Origin: Candidatus Bathyarchaeota archaeon
GTDB taxonomy: Archaea; Thermoproteota; Bathyarchaeia; 40CM-2-53-6
NCBI GenBank assembly: GCA_963726255.1
Contig: CAVSBL010000002.1
Coordinates: forward strand, 384,001-448,000
Direction: 5' to 3'
DNA length: 64,000 nucleotides
This document shows positions 60,689-64,000 of this stretch, in pieces. The notes under the pieces are model-generated. The model was given only the letters and a program-made list of their open reading frames with translations, was not told where the DNA came from and searched no databases. Every line of letters starts with the position of its first letter. The first letter of the stretch is position 1. A program made the position numbers and the translations under genes.

Positions 60689-61303
60689 TCACAGGGTCTT
60701 CTTCAGGGCCCGTATGTTGAATGTTGTATTGGCGCAACCATTCCTGATTAAAGGCACATTTTGACCTGGCAGCCCCGTCTTCTCTAGCAGCCTTTCAGCT
60801 AGCTTGATCTCCTCGCCGCAGGCGACGCCCACAAGTGCCTCATAACGGCCTTTTTGCAGAATCTGATGGATACATGACCCGCCCGGCAGAACATAAACAT
60901 CGTACCCTCTCTCCTCCCCAGCCAGTGTCGCTTGGTTTACCAAGCAATCGGGTGAACAGTGAGAGCAGCGGTATGATGGAATGTTGGAATCGAAGACGGC
61001 TTTACAGCGATTGTCCATATATTTCCTTGAGCAGTGAGGTAGCAGCAGCACTCGCCTGGAAGTTCTTACGAATCTTTCCCGGTTGTTGAAATTCTTAGTC
61101 TGGATATCTATCAAATCTTCGAGGAGCATTAGAGCTTGAGCAAAATCCAACCCTGTGATCTCCTGAACTCTGAATCGCTCAAGAAGACGCAGAGTTGCCT
61201 CACCAATTCTTCTGTGCAGCCTTCTCTTCTGGGCAGCCACCACAATTCCTGTGAAGAACGATTGAGATAGCCGTGTCAGGTCGAACTTGAATTGGTAAGG
61301 CAT
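60689..61303 (-). CDS. DUF116-family protein
   Basis: LLLPHC...C...C..C...C, YVLPGGS, VGVACGEE, GC. Confidence 0.88.
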   Translation of the reverse strand: MPYQFKFDLTRLSQSFFTGIVVAAQKRRLHRRIGEATLRLLERFRVQEITGLDFAQALMLLEDLIDIQTKNFNNRERFVRTSRRVLLLPHCSRKYMDNRCKAVFDSNIPSYRCSHCSPDCLVNQATLAGEERGYDVYVLPGGSCIHQILQKGRYEALVGVACGEEIKLAERLLEKTGLPGQNVPLIRNGCANTTFNIRALKKTL

Positions 61304-61371
61304 GAGTCTCGTATTACCGCCAGGAGCAATAAGCTCACAGGGCGAGTCCTGGTTTTGGTACTTTATCGGAA

Positions 61372-61404
61372 GTGCGTGCGCGCACCAGCAGACCCCATAC
61401 ACAC
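61372..61404 (-). repeat. Dispersed intergenic repeat, copy 5
   Basis: Minus strand GTGTGTATGGGGTCTGCTGGTGCGCGCACGCAC, directly abutting the YciI stop codon. Confidence 0.8.
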
Positions 61405-61701
61405 CTAATCGATATGTCCCAGCAGAATCTGCCAGGGCTCGATCTTAGCGATTCGGAGTATGCCCATCGACATCCAAGGATCGGCAGCAAGTCGTCTCTC
61501 AATCGCACTTTCTCTGTCAGCACTGACGATCAGCATTCTTGAATCATCGCCCAAAGGACCGCCGAGAAGTACAAAACGCTCGTCAACAAGGCTGTTCATA
61601 AATGCCGCATGTTTGGCCCACTCTTCTTGCTCCCGTATGGACCGCGAATGATTCCAGGCTGGGCCAAGCGCTTCAATTACCACGAAATACTTCATACTCA
61701 T
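61405..61701 (-). CDS. YciI-family protein
   Basis: HAAFM, LLGGPL, ADPW. Confidence 0.85.
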   Translation of the reverse strand: MSMKYFVVIEALGPAWNHSRSIREQEEWAKHAAFMNSLVDERFVLLGGPLGDDSRMLIVSADRESAIERRLAADPWMSMGILRIAKIEPWQILLGHID

Positions 61702-61782
61702 CCGTTCGAGATCTATACAGAGTTTGTCAAATTGCCGACAAACGCTTGTCACAAGGGCGGCTGAAGTTCAGGCATTTTCCTA

Positions 61783-61813
61783 TGTGTATGGGTCTAATGG
61801 TGCGCACACACAC
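61783..61813 (+). repeat. Dispersed intergenic repeat, copy 6
   Basis: TGTGTATGGGTCTAATGGTGCGCACACACAC. Confidence 0.85.
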
Positions 61814-61858
61814 TAAGAAAAGGGAAGCCTCAAAAACCATTCGAACTAATGGGAATGC

Positions 61859-62308
61859 ATGAATTCCGAGGTTCTTGATCTCGAACTGCTGATTCGTAAG
61901 CCACCAGATTCGGTTCGCGCCTGGTGGACGGAGTACCCGGACGACTACCGCGCGAAGGACCCACGAGAACAACCATACCGAATCCTGACCACTCGTCGGT
62001 TCCCGAACGGCCGAGAGGTTAGAACCTATTGGCGACTGCCCGATGGATCAACTCCGGAGTTGCAGGAGGTCCTCAACTTGAAACCCGACGGAACGTGGAC
62101 TTATGAACTTCCGTATCCAAATCCAACAGGCATCCATGTCTTCGATGAATTTCGCACTGAACCAACACCGATCGGAACCAGACTCTTGATACATAGTACG
62201 TTGACACCGCGAGACCCTGCCGCTACAGGCCGTGTTTCCGGGCTAAAGGAAATCATGATTTGGAGTTGGAAGCATGCAGCAGAGGTTTGTGAACATGACG
62301 CCCCTTGA
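61859..62308 (+). CDS. Hypothetical protein, SRPBCC-like
   Basis: IRKPPDSVRAWWT...PIGTRL...W pattern. Confidence 0.65.
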   Translation: MNSEVLDLELLIRKPPDSVRAWWTEYPDDYRAKDPREQPYRILTTRRFPNGREVRTYWRLPDGSTPELQEVLNLKPDGTWTYELPYPNPTGIHVFDEFRTEPTPIGTRLLIHSTLTPRDPAATGRVSGLKEIMIWSWKHAAEVCEHDAP

Positions 62309-62410
62309 TTAAGTCAGCCTACGGCAAAACCGAATCTCCCTCTGTGGTCTGTGGGTGTACTGCGTCATAATGGGCACAGGGAAAACATTCCGAATACGAC
62401 GCCTAGAATC

Positions 62411-63103
62411 TCAGAGACCAGCTTTCGCTTTCAACGCTGCCCATCTGTCTTCACCTAACGCTTCTTCTGCCATGCGTGCCAGGTTCTGGAAAACCGGCGC
62501 AGGCGCGCTCTTCTTCAATTCCATGAACATGCCAGTTAGTTCGTTAATGTTGAGCGATGGAAAGAGCCAACTATTCCATTGAGCAGCTCGTTCAGCCGTG
62601 AGGCTTTCAATCACGTTTGTTCGCATAGCAATAATCTGTTCATCAGTAAAATGTTTCCACATCGCAGGGACGAGTGTCGATTCTTCACCATTCAGATGTG
62701 TAAGGTAGAAGGCGAACAAATCATTCGCTGTGCGGTTCAGTTTATCGCCCATCTCAATCCTTTCTTCTCGATTCTTAAGCGTCTTTACTTCATCTGCAAT
62801 CTTCCACAGACCTGCTATCATTCTCACAACCTCTCTATGCTCCTTCAATAGTGTATCGACCATCTCGGGCTCAAACGCTCGAACATCCGGAAAGACATAC
62901 TGATCCTCGAGCCCTGCATGTTCATGAAGCAAGCAGAGAGTGCAAGCAGAACTAGCGGAGGCAAGATCCTGCTTCAACCTGGAGACCATTGCGTCGGTTG
63001 CGTGCTCATCGGTGAAGTCTGTTGCTTGAAGTTCCTTTGCCAGTTCGTAAATCATTGACCGAAGGGCTTTATGAATTGGCGTCAAAAAATCTGCGCGAGT
63101 CAA
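62411..63103 (-). CDS. Hemerythrin-like (HHE) domain protein
   Basis: IHKALR, HAGLEDQYVFP, EH, HLNGEE. Confidence 0.85.
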   Translation of the reverse strand: MTRADFLTPIHKALRSMIYELAKELQATDFTDEHATDAMVSRLKQDLASASSACTLCLLHEHAGLEDQYVFPDVRAFEPEMVDTLLKEHREVVRMIAGLWKIADEVKTLKNREERIEMGDKLNRTANDLFAFYLTHLNGEESTLVPAMWKHFTDEQIIAMRTNVIESLTAERAAQWNSWLFPSLNINELTGMFMELKKSAPAPVFQNLARMAEEALGEDRWAALKAKAGL

Positions 63104-63165
63104 GACTTGATCGTAGCGGGAGTATGATGCAGCGTTATTTGTTTCTTATCCTTGTTGGGGCGAGT

Positions 63166-63196
63166 TGTGTGTGGGTCTAGTGGTGCGCACACACAC
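63166..63196 (+). repeat. Dispersed intergenic repeat, copy 7
   Basis: TGTGTGTGGGTCTAGTGGTGCGCACACACAC. Confidence 0.85.
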
Positions 63197-63235
63197 TTCT
63201 AACCGACGTTCTGACGACGAGCATGCTGCTTTTTC

Positions 63236-63895
63236 TCAACGCTGTCCAGTCGGTACCTTTTCCGCATGCAAGAGGACGAAGGCCAGCACCGCCACCCATA
63301 GCATCCAACCATAGATGTTAACGCGTTCAGTGGCACCGAGCCATGGGGTCGGCAGGTTAGCGCTAATCGCAGGAACGTAAGAAAATCCAATAAAACCAAA
63401 CGCCAAGATTATCATGAACGACCCGACCGAGTAGTAGCGGAACCAATTTCGATATGCAACGGCTCCGAACACTATGGCCAACAGAATGGTGAAAACCCCC
63501 ACAGCGGTGAGAATCACGTGAAGCATACCGGCAGACTCTGCGCCGGTCACCCCGCGCATCGGTGCTGGGAAGTATACGGGCGTCACCAAACCATCGATCG
63601 CCTGGCCGAATACCATCAATGCTGTGACGCGCAAGGCGCGGTTGCGACCAGCTGACACCCAGACGCCCAAAGCGAACGCAAGCAAGAGCACGCCATACAC
63701 GGCGCCTAACCGAAGACCGAGTTGTCTAACAGGAGAGCTGGGGGAGAGCAGCTCGCTGAAGCCTTGAGATGCAAAACTGTAGCCCACATACAGTGTACCT
63801 GCGAGCGCGTCGATACTGGCATAAAGCAGCGAAGAGAAGATGCCGCAGAGGAGTAAGACCTGTCGTTTTTTCGTCAATGTCTGCGCAAGCCCCAC
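63236..63895 (-). CDS. DUF998-family membrane protein
   Basis: GYSFASQGFSEL, FPAPMRG, LH, WFRYYS, GATER. Confidence 0.82.
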   Translation of the reverse strand: MGLAQTLTKKRQVLLLCGIFSSLLYASIDALAGTLYVGYSFASQGFSELLSPSSPVRQLGLRLGAVYGVLLLAFALGVWVSAGRNRALRVTALMVFGQAIDGLVTPVYFPAPMRGVTGAESAGMLHVILTAVGVFTILLAIVFGAVAYRNWFRYYSVGSFMIILAFGFIGFSYVPAISANLPTPWLGATERVNIYGWMLWVAVLAFVLLHAEKVPTGQR

Positions 63896-64000
63896 CAGGC
63901 CCCTACATCCTGGCGGTCAAGTACGAGGTCATGATTTGTGGTTTCCGTTTCTTGCGCGTGTCCAAGATGACCAGGGTAACCATAGTCCGATTGGTTGTCC

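Noticed and set aside
54870-63196. Dispersed repeat read as a CRISPR array, canonical attC sites or tRNA fragments
   Set aside because: Spacing is hundreds to thousands of bp with mixed orientation and no cas genes. There is no RYYYAAC...GTTRRRY frame. GCGCACCA resembles a tRNA 3' end, but no T-arm (GTTCRA) precedes it.
42-63399. Numerous antisense or nested ORFs in the six-frame track (e.g. 18515-18991, 28195-28674, 37885-38325, 57881-58312)
   Set aside because: They overlap well-supported genes and show no recognisable motifs.

Overview
Archaeal chromosomal window from a TACK-group organism, most likely Bathyarchaeia (inferred from the TBP, TFE-beta/Rpc34-like, Nop5/fibrillarin, ATP-dependent ligase and Trm1 genes). 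1-11.3 kb is a redox region. It holds an operon of an ActC/NrfD-type membrane subunit, a Tat-exported 4Fe-4S protein and two unusual cupredoxins, with no CxxCH heme c or Mo catalytic subunit. Next to it are a divergent wHTH plus three small membrane proteins and a Cox/Cut-type molybdo-hydroxylase set. 11.3-46 kb is mostly housekeeping: pyrG, asnS, an orphan NurA-HerA pair, a folate C1 cluster with RimK, argF, phosphate transport, lig, rlmE, trm1, rnhB, flpA and nop5. 46-64 kb is an accessory region of mostly single genes. Its right part (54.8-63.9 kb) contains at least 6-7 copies of a ~25-33 bp imperfect-hairpin repeat (core GGGTC-NNN-TGGTGCGCA) located at gene boundaries. Three genes are broken by single-base deletions in short G/C runs, which are probably sequencing errors. 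I recognised no rRNA, tRNA, CRISPR array or transposase. All calls come from reading motifs by eye; no database searches were run.
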